From: an uncultured Candidatus Bathyarchaeia archaeon
Lineage (GTDB): Archaea > Thermoproteota > Bathyarchaeia > 40CM-2-53-6 > RBG-13-38-9
Assembly (NCBI GenBank): GCA_964480955.1
Contig: CAYZRW010000007.1
Location: 827-64,826, forward strand
DNA length: 64,000 nt
Direction of reading: 5' to 3'
Part shown: positions 48,701 through 58,030 of the stretch, piece by piece
How the letters are laid out: each line of letters starts with the position of its first letter
Numbering within the stretch: the first letter of the stretch is position 1
The notes under the pieces: model-generated
Databases searched by the model: none
What the model saw: only the letters and a program-made list of their open reading frames with translations
Told to the model about the DNA's origin: nothing
Translations under genes and position numbers: made by a program

Positions 48701-49332
48701 TCCTTCTCTAGAGACTCGACTCTGAGCCTGACCTCGTCAACCCTTGCTGAAGCGATCCTGATGTTTGTTTCCGCCAGATTGAGTTGAGCCTGAGATTCGG
48801 CCTTCCTGAGGTCGTATATCCCCAGACCTATGAGGTCCTCAATTATCTTGCGCCTCTCCTCAGAAGTAACCTCGGCCAGTCTTGTGACGGCGTGTTGTGG
48901 GACGATGTTGTAGCCCGCTACGTGGATGTCAGCTGATGATAATAGTTCGGTCAGTTGCTTTCTGGAGACTCTTCTGCCGTTAAGCCTGTAGATTCCTTCC
49001 CCTCCCTTGTGGAATTCACGTGATATGGTGAGGGAGTCTGAGTCCATAGGCAGTCTTCTATCTGCATTGTCAAATTGAACTGCGACGTGCGCCGACCTCG
49101 GAGGATTTGGGACTGTTGATTTTGATATGAGGTCTGAGAGTGACGACCCTCTTAGCTCCTTGGGGCTAAGTTCTCCAAGAGCGAATCTTAGGGAGTCCAG
49201 AATGTTTGATTTTCCAGAACCGTTTGGTCCTGTTATGACTGTCAACCCTCGGCCAAGTCGCAGTGTTGCCTTCCTACCGAAGGTCTTGAATCCCCTGAGG
49301 TCGATCCTTTTGATATAAACCAACTCAGTCAT
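45772..49332 (-). CDS. smc: Chromosome segregation protein SMC
   Basis: GFKTF, GPNGSGKSN, coiled coils and hinge, SGGEKS, FDEIDAHLD. Confidence 0.97.
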   Translation of the reverse strand: MTELVYIKRIDLRGFKTFGRKATLRLGRGLTVITGPNGSGKSNILDSLRFALGELSPKELRGSSLSDLISKSTVPNPPRSAHVAVQFDNADRRLPMDSDSLTISREFHKGGEGIYRLNGRRVSRKQLTELLSSADIHVAGYNIVPQHAVTRLAEVTSEERRKIIEDLIGLGIYDLRKAESQAQLNLAETNIRIASARVDEVRLRVESLEKERNDFLRHSLLTKEITRLQAQTISSKLAVLKKEIEAIKEQAELKESRLKNLRSDRDKLSTSRLQLEQDMRSLQERLLDSGGQKIHELQRYLTEVNSEIGGLKANIEAKKLNLQILKKQTEDLEQETSQHASELDSAEAELLRLRDERHELEGLLEEREVNFLQLSKQLQEFRGGLTETSKNLENVEGELELATKEFIKINSQIEAESTRLTMVQNQLKTLQERGSELRTSLGAMQKRLEELGKLRAHQEERLSQLDRIMSQHLSMKEGRRREVDEVSETAETADESILEFKARKKALEVLAPEETAISEIEELHSSGILHNIVGCFRDLVQFDKGYERAFHAACADWLNSLVVKDIAAAISCIECLKHRKLSRIKIIPLDMVASTPAVAEPPNIEGVTKRMIDCVRYDESLEAAVNFVLGDTIVTNSQRAAYLSSLKGFRAVVLTGDLYEPRGGLEGGYYREPLDIGSMAPRTESLHDLEKTVASLTNLIEKGKSSLERLDSEIEKLREERTEIQNTISTISRETEAVQDRIQLTNEEISRTDQTLVSLQDHTERDREKLQLFINRKSELEQTLRRLEDEKSTLRYAARSDKINETEKQHSILGEELNQLKRKKAIVDSRISSLETSIQSKAKVLERAKDQARYIQERGREVASSIESAEKELESWTFKLSEATLERENLLNSLESLKQGNVKVQSELNELNESIQKIEREIEPLSSNLTMLRLELNRKELEENYLFGELGRLGFEGPIETPPVDPKMVETHLSTLRNELQQIGAINELAVTHYEEQKNNYKQLSIRINQLEQEKQSILKFMEELEQKKRETFMSVFERLNHNFNEIFSKITDGGRGGLVLENPEEIFSGGVDMHLAFPGKAELSIGSASGGEKSVATVCFLLALQAIHPMPFYIFDEIDAHLDMVNSQRLADLLKERSTNSQFIVVSLKDTTISRADGVYGIFIQDGFSQVVSLPKPEARTDDRT

Positions 49333-49497
49333 CCCTCAGGAGCATTCGAGTCATTTCGAACCGGAGGTTCCTCTCCCCCTTGAACTAAGAAAAAGTTTGC
49401 GTAAAAGCGCGATCCTCATTTTCAACTTGTGATTCCAAAGGGAACCATTGATAGTCTTCATCTATCTGTGTTTGGATTGCTGGTACTCCCTAACCAC

Positions 49498-50307
49498 CTA
49501 TTTTCCGAATCTTCTCACTCTCTTTTGATACGTTCTTATCGAGCGTAGTAAGTCTATCTTCCGGAAATCAGGCCACCACACGTCGGTAAAAGTGAGTTCA
49601 CTATATGCTGATTGCCAGAGTAGGAATCCGCTCATGCGTTCTTCACCGGACGTTCGAATTATGAGGTCAGGGTAAGGGTTGGGGAGGTGGGCTGTGTACA
49701 GATACTTCATGAATAGAGTCTCATCTATCTGGTCTATGGTGAGTCTCTGGGACCTAATCTCCTCCGCTATCTTCTTTGCAGCGTCAACTATCTCTACTCT
49801 GCCCCCGTAGGCTACGGCAATATTAAGGTAATAACCGTCGTAGTTTCTAGTTGCCTCCTCCAGCCTGTTCAAGACCTTTCTGAGGTTCTCGGGGAGATAG
49901 TCGAGTCTGCCAAGAACCTTAACCCTCATCTTCTTATCGTGTATCCTTGGGTCAGATTCAATTCGTAAGGCTTCCCTCTCCAAAAGCGACAGTATTTTCT
50001 CCACCTCCTCCTTTGGTCTATGGAAATTCTCTACTGAAAACGCATAGATGGTTACCGTCTTTATGTCTAGACTCAAGCACCAGTTCAGAAAGTCTTCACC
50101 TGTCTTGGCCCCTTGCTCGTGGCCGTCAGCGAGGCTAAGAGACTTTTCAGTAGCCCACCTCCTATTTCCGTCTAGGATCACGCCTATGTGTCTTGGCATA
50201 CTCATCTTCTTGACTTGCCCCGTCAACCATCTCTCGTAGAGCTTGTAGACGCCTATCGCTCTTAGCAACCCTGTTAACATCAGTATCTCTCCAAGACTCC
50301 TACTCAT
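49498..50307 (-). CDS. uppS: cis-Polyprenyl diphosphate synthase
   Basis: HIGVILDGNRRWA, YAFSVENF.R, YGGR.EI, IRTSGEERMSGFLLWQ. Confidence 0.96.
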   Translation of the reverse strand: MSRSLGEILMLTGLLRAIGVYKLYERWLTGQVKKMSMPRHIGVILDGNRRWATEKSLSLADGHEQGAKTGEDFLNWCLSLDIKTVTIYAFSVENFHRPKEEVEKILSLLEREALRIESDPRIHDKKMRVKVLGRLDYLPENLRKVLNRLEEATRNYDGYYLNIAVAYGGRVEIVDAAKKIAEEIRSQRLTIDQIDETLFMKYLYTAHLPNPYPDLIIRTSGEERMSGFLLWQSAYSELTFTDVWWPDFRKIDLLRSIRTYQKRVRRFGK

Positions 50308-51005
50308 CCAGTTACTATTGACTGGGTTGCGCCACGCTCCCAGATGTCGACCGCAGCCATCTCCCTGGGGGTCGATTTCAAAGCTTTCTGCCTACATACT
50401 GGGAGCCCGCTGTCTCTGGTCTGGGCGATTTCGAATTTGCGGCCGAGGTTACTGTTAAACCGTAGAGACGCTCCACTATACCCATTCCAGTAGGGACGTT
50501 CCTCGAGAGTTATCCGCACAGCCAGATACATTGTTTTTCCTACGTTCTTTGAACTTCTTTGAGGTCTTCTAATAGACTAGATCTCAATCTGGACCGGACT
50601 GAAACATTAATGTTTAGGATCAGGAGCTGACGATGACAGGCCTTGGCACCTTTCGAGATACTACTGGGCCACTTCCAGTGATGTCTCCCGATAAGAATCA
50701 TTCATTTATGATCGGTGCGGTATTCATCTTCATTACCTTTTTTGAATTGGACCTGGTGTACGGTACAGGTCTCCACATCACGATCAATCGTGCGCACCCC
50801 ATGTGACAGGGGCATGTCCTGACAGGGGTGTTCATTTTGGTCGAGTTCAAGTTGCGGGGGTTGAAGGAGAAAATATGCTAGTTTCTTCCTGCTAGTCTAT
50901 TCTGATTCGCGGAAGACGATCTCTCATCTAAAGACTCATTGCCTTCTTAGATCACAGTTGAGGATCGAAAACACTCAGGGGTATGGAGTCGGCTTATGTG
51001 AGTGT

Positions 51006-51890
51006 CTAAATCTTCCTTCGTTCCATCAAAGCCTTGAACTCTTCAAAAGAGAGTCTCTTGCCTTGGCTAAGTTTCGCTGATCCTGACTCAGCGAGCCTTG
51101 CGGCGAGTTCTTCCCCTTTCCTCAAGCGCTCAGCTTCTTCGTCTCCGAAGATCTCTTTTCGAAGTTTCTTCTTCTCTAGGACCTTTTGTACAAGTTCTTG
51201 CTCTGAACGCTCGGCATCATTTCGTGTCTGCAGATACATCTTATGAGCCTCGTCTGCCGTGGCCTTGATCTCGTCTAGCTTCCTGACGAGCTGCATCATT
51301 TCTTCGTGCACTCTTGCGCTGGTCTCAGCGGCCGTAAGGATCTTCTGGTGGATTGATTGGGCGTTTAGCTTTAGGGATTCTACAACAGCCTTCTCTTCTG
51401 TTAATGCTGCTTGGAGCTCATTCATTTGCTTATGCTCTGCAACTCGCAACTCCAATTCCTTGATTTGGTTTATCAGTCTGTTTTCTTCCCTTGAATCCAA
51501 GGATGAAGTTTGCATTTTCCATTCAAGCTCCTCCAGAGAGTTCTTTGCTTGCTTGAATGTTCCCTGAACCTGTGACCTCAGTTGCTTGAGGCCTGCGACC
51601 ATCTGCGCTATCCTATTGCGTTTCTCAGCTATCTCCGCTCTGATCTGGTCCCTTGAGGTCTTGAGAGTCTTGACCTCAGCGTTTACAGCGTCCCTCTCGC
51701 TCTTGAGAGTTCTTACCTTTTCCCTTAATTCCTTGAGTTCACTGTTGAGAGAGTTGCGTCGCTCAGCCCATGTTCTCCAGTCGCTACGGAGTTGTGTCCT
51801 TTGATTCCTCAGCCGCTCAAGCTCATCCTCGATGTTGTCTATCACCTTATACTTGTCTTGTGGTATGTCGTCCAATAGCACAGCCTTCAT
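51006..51890 (-). CDS. Conserved archaeal coiled-coil protein (COG1340-like)
   Basis: Continuous heptads, LEWKMQT..L....E..L, ADEAH, C-terminal GKRLSFEEF. Confidence 0.75.
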   Translation of the reverse strand: MKAVLLDDIPQDKYKVIDNIEDELERLRNQRTQLRSDWRTWAERRNSLNSELKELREKVRTLKSERDAVNAEVKTLKTSRDQIRAEIAEKRNRIAQMVAGLKQLRSQVQGTFKQAKNSLEELEWKMQTSSLDSREENRLINQIKELELRVAEHKQMNELQAALTEEKAVVESLKLNAQSIHQKILTAAETSARVHEEMMQLVRKLDEIKATADEAHKMYLQTRNDAERSEQELVQKVLEKKKLRKEIFGDEEAERLRKGEELAARLAESGSAKLSQGKRLSFEEFKALMERRKI

Positions 51891-52457
51891 CTTCTTTGTT
51901 TAGTCCAGCAGAGGATTACTCTGAATATCATGATTTATAAGACAATCTTCTTTGTGAGACGTGACCAACCATTCCATAGCTCGTCCGTTGCGATCAAGAT
52001 CAGATGCTTACAGGTTTCTCGCTCGCAGTATATCCGCACTTCTCACATACGAGTATGAACATGTAACTGTAGTCTCTTATAGAGGCTTTTCTAGAAAGCT
52101 CAGCCCCACATCTTGGGCATCTATCAGTAGTCTGCTTCTTCACATACCTTGCCTTCGTAACTTGTTTATTGAATTATTCTGTCTATAGAGGAATGGTCTA
52201 ATTGAATAATCTTGCGTTCTACCGCTCTTTGGGATTATCTGACTCCCCAGCAATCTCCTAGGTGACTCAGCATTCCATCCAGTGATGCAATCTTCGGATT
52301 CTCCATATTTTGGCAGTCCATGGTGTGGCCACATCCTTTCATCGGAGTTCAGCTATCGCAGTTCTTCATCATTCCGGCTTTGAAGCTCCTCTTCGGAAGC
52401 AAACTGCTTCTTTTAGAACCATGCAGATTAGAAAGAATTTGCTCATGATAACCCAGC

Positions 52458-52808
52458 TCAAACGAGCTTTTCAAGCACCTTCCCCGCCAGATTCTTCTCG
52501 CGCGGTATCCACTCGAAGACGACCTCTCTCCCCTGACTGAGTGTCCGCACTTCCGCAGCAAGACTCTTGAGGTGAGGGTCTCTTATCTTGTATTCACCAT
52601 TCAGTTGTCTAACGGCGAGTTGACTGTCGGAGTATATCGTAAGCTCTCTCCCAGGTAGTTCCTGAAGAGCCGCTACTATCGCTTTGTACTCGGCCTGATT
52701 GTTGGTGAGATGTTCTTTCGTGAATATGCGAGGTTTGCCTCCCACGACAAGGTAGCAGAAGGCCCCATTCTTTCCCGAACCATCGACGTAAACCGTCAAA
52801 CGATCCAT
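52458..52808 (-). CDS. rnhA: Ribonuclease HI family protein
   Basis: YVDGS, TNNQAEY.A, SDSQL.V.QLNGEYKI, WIPREKN. Confidence 0.85.
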   Translation of the reverse strand: MDRLTVYVDGSGKNGAFCYLVVGGKPRIFTKEHLTNNQAEYKAIVAALQELPGRELTIYSDSQLAVRQLNGEYKIRDPHLKSLAAEVRTLSQGREVVFEWIPREKNLAGKVLEKLV

Positions 52809-52897
52809 GGCCGAGGCCCGCCTGAATAACCTAGTGGTCTGACCGGATCAAATGTCGACCAGATCCCATCCAGTTGAAGACTGGTCTGCGAGATTCT

Positions 52898-53611
52898 TCA
52901 GGTCTTCTCTAGAAGCATCCTGACGTCTACTACGCTAGCGCCCTTGCTGTACGTCATTATCGGGTTGAGGTCTAGCTGATTTATCTCTGGCAGGTCCATG
53001 AGTAAATTGGATGTTGCCAATAGGATTTTTACGATTGCATCCTCGTCTACAGGTTGTTGGCCTCGGTATCCCTTCAGGATGGGGTACGCCTTTATTTCAG
53101 TTATCATCGCTCTCGCATCCGATTCATCGATAGGCGCTATTCTGAATGTTACGTCTTTCAGTATTTCCACGAAAACCCCTCCAAGACCGAACATCAGGGT
53201 TTGTCCGAATTGCGGGTCTTTGAGACCGCCGACAATCACTTCTGTCCCTTGGGGGGCCATCTTCTGGACCAGGACACCCTTCACCCTTGCGTCGGCTTTG
53301 TAACGTTTAGAATTCTGGATTATTTTGTCATAGCCTTCTTTCACCTTCTCCGGGCTATTCAACCCTACAATTACGCCTCCGGCCTCTGTCTTGTGAAGGA
53401 TGTCTGGTGAGACGATCTTTAGGACAACTGGATATCCAATCTTCTCAGCGGCCTTCAACGCTTCTTCTCTGCTTGGGGCGACAAAGAAATCGGGGGTTGG
53501 AATCCCATAATCTATGCAGATGGCCTTTGCCTCTGATTCGAGAAGGCTTAGTCTCCCCTCATTCATGGCGTTCTTGATTATCTCCTTGGAATTCTTCCCC
53601 ATTGAATACAC
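52898..53611 (-). CDS. acdB: ADP-forming acyl-CoA synthetase beta subunit (ATP-grasp)
   Basis: GYPVVLKIVSPDILHKTEAGGV, DPQFG...MFGLGG.FVE..KD, LDLNP. Confidence 0.92.
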   Translation of the reverse strand: MYSMGKNSKEIIKNAMNEGRLSLLESEAKAICIDYGIPTPDFFVAPSREEALKAAEKIGYPVVLKIVSPDILHKTEAGGVIVGLNSPEKVKEGYDKIIQNSKRYKADARVKGVLVQKMAPQGTEVIVGGLKDPQFGQTLMFGLGGVFVEILKDVTFRIAPIDESDARAMITEIKAYPILKGYRGQQPVDEDAIVKILLATSNLLMDLPEINQLDLNPIMTYSKGASVVDVRMLLEKT

Positions 53612-53663
53612 ATCCTGACCTTATGCTTGGCAACATTATCGTTCCTTATATTGTCAAATCGAA

Positions 53664-53943
53664 GGCTGCCGTGACTAGGCTAGGCTTGACTGTGACAGCA
53701 TGTACGGAACGCTTGCCATTTTCCAAGATACTGAAGGAAGTTAACACTTAAGGATTTCTCTGTCTGTCTACAGTCAAAACAGCCAGCGACGCGTTGGGAA
53801 TCAATGCGGATGATCAAAGTTGAAGAGGCCTCCCTACTTGTAAGAATGTTCATGCTGTCAGCTTCGTTCAGGCCCTTCTGGAGAGTCTGACCTCTTAGTC
53901 GCTGACTGGTTTCGTAATCTCGTGCATGGCCAATTAGGCAGCC
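53664..53943 (+). ncRNA. Candidate ~280-nt structured ncRNA with a K-turn-like motif
   Basis: Terminal stem GGCTGCC/GGCAGCC, internal 13-bp, 10/11-bp and 9-bp stems, GGATGA/CTGA pair; strand uncertain. Confidence 0.4.
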
Positions 53944-53980
53944 CTGGTTTTGCGGTGTTTCCAAGGACCTCATACAGTCT

Positions 53981-54742
53981 TCATGGTCGAAGCTCCTCTC
54001 CACCGGTCAGAATCCTTGTGAGCGCGGCATTCAGATCTACGAATCCTTTGCCATCCTTTGCTGATATCGGGATTAGATCAAAGTCTAGGCTGGTTCTAGT
54101 TATCGCTCTTGAAAGGTCTCTACTGACGAGTGAAGCGGTCTTGTTGGGGATTCTGTCAAGCGCCTCAACCAGCCTTGAAGGGACCTCAGCCCAACTGAGC
54201 GTCTCTTCGAGTTGCCCCTCGTCCAGAAGGTCTGTCTTTGTTAGAACGTAGACCTGAGGTTTCAGGAGTCTAGTATAGACTGCTGCCGCAAGATACATAT
54301 TCGAAACATAGTTGAGTGGGGACGAGGAGAATGGTCCGTCAAACAGGTACACCACGGCCTTCGGGCACTCTGCAATCTCACTCGTTATGAAAGGCCCACT
54401 CTCCCTCAAGGCGAAGAGCTCAATCTGTCCGGGAGTGTCCACCAAGACTATGTCTGGCTCAGACTCCTCTAGGCTCCCTCTGATCTCTTCGATATTGTCG
54501 CCTATTAGGCCCGCAGCGACGATAAGGCCTCCGTTTGGACCAAGCTTGTACTTCTCCATTATCTCCTCAAGGTTAACGTAGTCTCGAACATCAATGTCAG
54601 GGTTGTACGGTAGGTTGGTTACTCCAGGATCAAGGTTTATGGCGATAGCGTTCTGCTCATTAAGCCTCAGCCACTCTTGGAAGTATCCTGTTAGAGAAGA
54701 CTTACCGGAACCTGCCATGCCCACCATGAATATCACATTCAC
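53981..54742 (-). CDS. GPN-loop GTPase
   Basis: GMAGSGKS, NLDPG, LGPNGG, DTPGQIE. Confidence 0.93.
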   Translation of the reverse strand: MNVIFMVGMAGSGKSSLTGYFQEWLRLNEQNAIAINLDPGVTNLPYNPDIDVRDYVNLEEIMEKYKLGPNGGLIVAAGLIGDNIEEIRGSLEESEPDIVLVDTPGQIELFALRESGPFITSEIAECPKAVVYLFDGPFSSSPLNYVSNMYLAAAVYTRLLKPQVYVLTKTDLLDEGQLEETLSWAEVPSRLVEALDRIPNKTASLVSRDLSRAITRTSLDFDLIPISAKDGKGFVDLNAALTRILTGGEELRP

Positions 54743-54779
54743 ACGACTCTAACTCCGAGGATTATTTGCGGGAAAGGAT

Positions 54780-55616
54780 CTACGGTTCTTGCTTGAGAAA
54801 GCGAGATCTTGAAGTCAAGATTTCCTCATCAAGACTGCCCAGAAGCTGACTCATAAGCGTAACCGCCCGCAAGATCCTATCTCTCGCAGTCTTGACGCTT
54901 CTTGCTCTGGTTGAGAAGTGTAGTTCAAGGTAACCACCCTTCGTTCCTTCTCCTCCTTTTGCGTGCGACTTCACGTATATCTCAGGGACTTCGCTCATTA
55001 CTCGGTCTATCAATGGGGCAACCTGAGATTCGAGTAGCCCCGAGATGACAATGTTGGTTTCGTAAGGAAATTGTCTTCCAGCCATTTTCTTTATGGGTTC
55101 TGCAAAACTCTGCTCAAAGATTGCTTGGAGTTCGGCTGGGACCCCGGGGAGAATTAGGAACTTCACGCCGCTCGCAGTCAAGGTTACTGCTGGAGCTGTG
55201 CCAACTGGGTTAGGAACCGCCTTGGCGCCTACTGGGAGCATAGCCATCTTCAGCCTTGGTGGTGTGAGTTTGGGGTCTTTCTTTCCTAGTACCTTCGCGT
55301 ATTTGGAACTGACCAGTCTGAGCGCGTTCCTGTTGAGTTGGAGTTGTCTTCCGAAGGCTTTGGAGAAAGCTTGGAGTGTTTTGTCGTCGAACGTCGGCCC
55401 CAATCCCCCAGACGTCACGACCACGTCCGGCCTTCTCCTTAAGGTCTCTCTTAGGGCTGACGCAATTGTCTTGACATCGTCACCTACGACTGTTACGCGT
55501 GTAACATCTCCACCCAGCTTCGTTATTTTCTCTGAGAGCCACTGTGAGTTGGTATTTAGGGTCTTGCCGATTAGTAGTTCATTGCCAATACATAGGAGTT
55601 CGACTTTGCAGACCAA
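54780..55616 (-). CDS. CinA N-terminal-like (MoCF domain) protein
   Basis: IGNELLIG...NTN..WL, SGGLGPT.DD.T, NPVGTAP, LPGVP.E. Confidence 0.88.
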   Translation of the reverse strand: MVCKVELLCIGNELLIGKTLNTNSQWLSEKITKLGGDVTRVTVVGDDVKTIASALRETLRRRPDVVVTSGGLGPTFDDKTLQAFSKAFGRQLQLNRNALRLVSSKYAKVLGKKDPKLTPPRLKMAMLPVGAKAVPNPVGTAPAVTLTASGVKFLILPGVPAELQAIFEQSFAEPIKKMAGRQFPYETNIVISGLLESQVAPLIDRVMSEVPEIYVKSHAKGGEGTKGGYLELHFSTRARSVKTARDRILRAVTLMSQLLGSLDEEILTSRSRFLKQEP

Positions 55617-55640
55617 TTCCGAGTCAGCGGGCCCTTGCCT

Positions 55641-55850
55641 TCAATCTTTCTTAGATAACCACCACTTCAAGTATTCCTTCTGTCTCTTCTTCCTCTCGTC
55701 GAGAGAGGCTTCTCTTCTTTCAAACATCCTGTCTCTTTCTTCCATGAGCTGTTGGTGAGTGAACGTCAGTCCGCAGCTCTTGCATGCATACTGCTTCACG
55801 ACTGGGTCGTAAACAAGTTCCCCGCCACACTCTGGACAGTAGTTTGCCAT
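55641..55850 (-). CDS. Small Zn-ribbon protein
   Basis: CPECGG...CKSCG, charged helix, C-terminal YLKWWL. Confidence 0.8.
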   Translation of the reverse strand: MANYCPECGGELVYDPVVKQYACKSCGLTFTHQQLMEERDRMFERREASLDERKKRQKEYLKWWLSKKD

Positions 55851-55934
55851 ATCACTAACGCATCTCTGGAGGCTTCTTAACGATTCTACAATTTGTATCT
55901 TTTGCTATTGACTCAGGATGAAGTCGAACTATGA

Positions 55935-57743
55935 TTAGTCTTGAGAACTTTCAGGCAGATAGTAGTACTCACCCAGTTTCTTCTGCATCCGGTCGAGTTT
56001 GCTTTCGGCCTTGTTAACTCTGGGTCGACCGGAATCTGGATCCCTCCTGAAAGTGACCTCCATCACCGAGAGAAAGGTGTTCATGCCCTCCCTCAAGGAT
56101 ACGGGCCTATTGGCTCTGCCTTGAATTCCAGGCTCCCCATCGAAGACCATCAAGCGGTCTGCGACAAAGTCGAGCGCAACAATGTCATGTTCAACGACGA
56201 AGACGAAAGCACCTCTCTCCTCAGCAATTCTGCGAATCGCCTTGGCAACGGCCAGTCTCTCCTCCACATCGAGATAGGCGCTCGGCTCATCCAAGAGGTA
56301 GACTTGGGCACGTCTGGAGAGGCAGGCCGAGATAGCGACTCTCTGGAGCTCTCCAGCGCTGAGGTCCTTGAGGTTCCTGTCGAGGAGTCTGGCCAGTCCC
56401 AACGGTCTGGTGAACTCGCTCTCAAAATGGTCTGTTCCAAAAATCGGTGAGAGGCTGGAGAGCAGTGAATGCACCTCTCCGGAATATTCCGTGGCGATAT
56501 ATTGTGGTTTGTAGCTCAGGGTGCATCCTGCCAGCGGGGCCTGTCGTTCCCTATCGGAGCCGTCGATACCTGCTAGGAGCTTCATGAAGGTGGTCTTGCC
56601 TATGCCGTTAGGGCCAAGTATGCCAACAACTTCACCCTGACTGATCTCGCCAGGCTCAACCTGCAAAGTGAAGCTGCCTTTGACCTCGGACATCTTCTTC
56701 CATTTAATCTTCATGCTCCCTTTGCTTCTGGCTTCTCTGGCCGGTTTGAAGTGAAATCTGATCGATTCAGGCCTGAACCTCATGTTCTCGTCAGCGATGA
56801 ACCCGCTTAGATAGGTATTTATCCCAGCTCCCAAGCCGTGGGCGTGTGAGGCTATGCCGTAGACTCCTGGTTCACCGTAGATGAGGCAGACCTGGTCTGA
56901 AAGATAGTCGAGCATGGCCAAGTCATGCTCGGCAACGATGACGATCTCGTCTCCCCTGATCAATCCTCTGATTATCTTTGAGGCTCGAATTCTCTGGCTG
57001 ACATCTAGGTGGCTTGAAGGTTCATCGAAGATGTAGACGTCTGCTCGACGGGAGACTGTTGCAGCAACGGCGACCCTCTGAAGTTCTCCACCACTGAGAA
57101 CTCCGATAGGGCGATCCATTATTTCTCTGAGCTGCAACCCTTCAGCCAACCTCTGCAGCTCACCCTTCTCGTCCGCGGCCTCCAGCAGCTCTGATACCTT
57201 ACCTTTCACAACTGCCGGAATCTTGTCGACATGCTGGGGCTTATGAACGACTCTGAGTCCGCCTTTTGAGAGTCTCTCGAAGTATGTCTGGAGGGTTGAG
57301 CCCTTGAAGTTCTGGATTATCTCTGTCCAGTCTGGAGGGGAGGCAAAATCCCCTAGGTTCGGCTTTAACTCTCCAGCCAGGATCCGAAGGGTTGTAGTCT
57401 TCCCTGTTCCATTTCTGCCCAGAAGGCCTGTTACAAGACCCACTTGAGGTGTCGGAAGACGATATAGCTTGAAGAGGTTCTGCCCATACCGGTGGCTGCA
57501 CTCACTCTCCAACTCTTCTGGCAGGTTTATTATGGTTATAGCTTTGAAGGGACACTTCTTGATGCAGATTCCACAACCGGTGCACAGTACCTCAGTTATC
57601 GTCGGCGTCTCTTCAGACTCAACGAACTTTATGGTCTCAACTCTGGTTCTAACCTTCGGACAGAACTTGATGCACAGGGCCCCGCACTCTTTGGGCTTGC
57701 AGGTGTCCCTGTCTATTACTGCGACTCTACCCATGAAGTTCAT
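55935..57743 (-). CDS. rli: Ribosome recycling ATPase ABCE1/RLI
   Basis: N-terminal double Fe-S domain (CKPKEC..C..FCP; CTGCGICIKKCPF), two ABC domains, TFRRD..SGRPRVNK. Confidence 0.97.
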   Translation of the reverse strand: MNFMGRVAVIDRDTCKPKECGALCIKFCPKVRTRVETIKFVESEETPTITEVLCTGCGICIKKCPFKAITIINLPEELESECSHRYGQNLFKLYRLPTPQVGLVTGLLGRNGTGKTTTLRILAGELKPNLGDFASPPDWTEIIQNFKGSTLQTYFERLSKGGLRVVHKPQHVDKIPAVVKGKVSELLEAADEKGELQRLAEGLQLREIMDRPIGVLSGGELQRVAVAATVSRRADVYIFDEPSSHLDVSQRIRASKIIRGLIRGDEIVIVAEHDLAMLDYLSDQVCLIYGEPGVYGIASHAHGLGAGINTYLSGFIADENMRFRPESIRFHFKPAREARSKGSMKIKWKKMSEVKGSFTLQVEPGEISQGEVVGILGPNGIGKTTFMKLLAGIDGSDRERQAPLAGCTLSYKPQYIATEYSGEVHSLLSSLSPIFGTDHFESEFTRPLGLARLLDRNLKDLSAGELQRVAISACLSRRAQVYLLDEPSAYLDVEERLAVAKAIRRIAEERGAFVFVVEHDIVALDFVADRLMVFDGEPGIQGRANRPVSLREGMNTFLSVMEVTFRRDPDSGRPRVNKAESKLDRMQKKLGEYYYLPESSQD

Positions 57744-57807
57744 CCAGTAAAAAATTAGAGGAAGGAAAGTTAACTATCATGGAAGAATGAGATAGGAGAG
57801 GCTGAGG

Positions 57808-57903
57808 CTACCACTCCTCTTCTTCCCAACCTTCTTCCTCGCCCCACTCTTCCTCCTCGCCAGTCTCTTCTTCCTCACTCCACTCTGTTCTTCTTGTTAT
57901 CAA
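57808..57903 (-). CDS. 31-aa acidic Trp-rich peptide (below the ORF-track cutoff)
   Basis: TTG start with GGAG about 9 nt upstream; MITRRTEWSEEEETGEEEEWGEEEGWEEEEW*. Confidence 0.55.
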   Translation of the reverse strand: MITRRTEWSEEEETGEEEEWGEEEGWEEEEW

Positions 57904-58030
57904 AGGGTGAAACTCCTTTCAGACTAAAGGATTAATTTGCGTAGACTCGAACGCTTTTTAAGGTTTATGGTCGGCGCACCCAAGGTAGGCGCTAGACGAG
58001 TTGTGGACATGAACCGAACTCAAATGCCCC

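Noticed and set aside
44516-49332. smc-scpA-scpB operon as a novelty
   Set aside because: This is an ordinary condensin operon, useful only as a taxonomic hint.
51891-52457. Short ORFs in the 570-bp gap between the coiled-coil gene and rnhA
   Set aside because: No recognisable protein, repeat or convincing structure; left unexplained.
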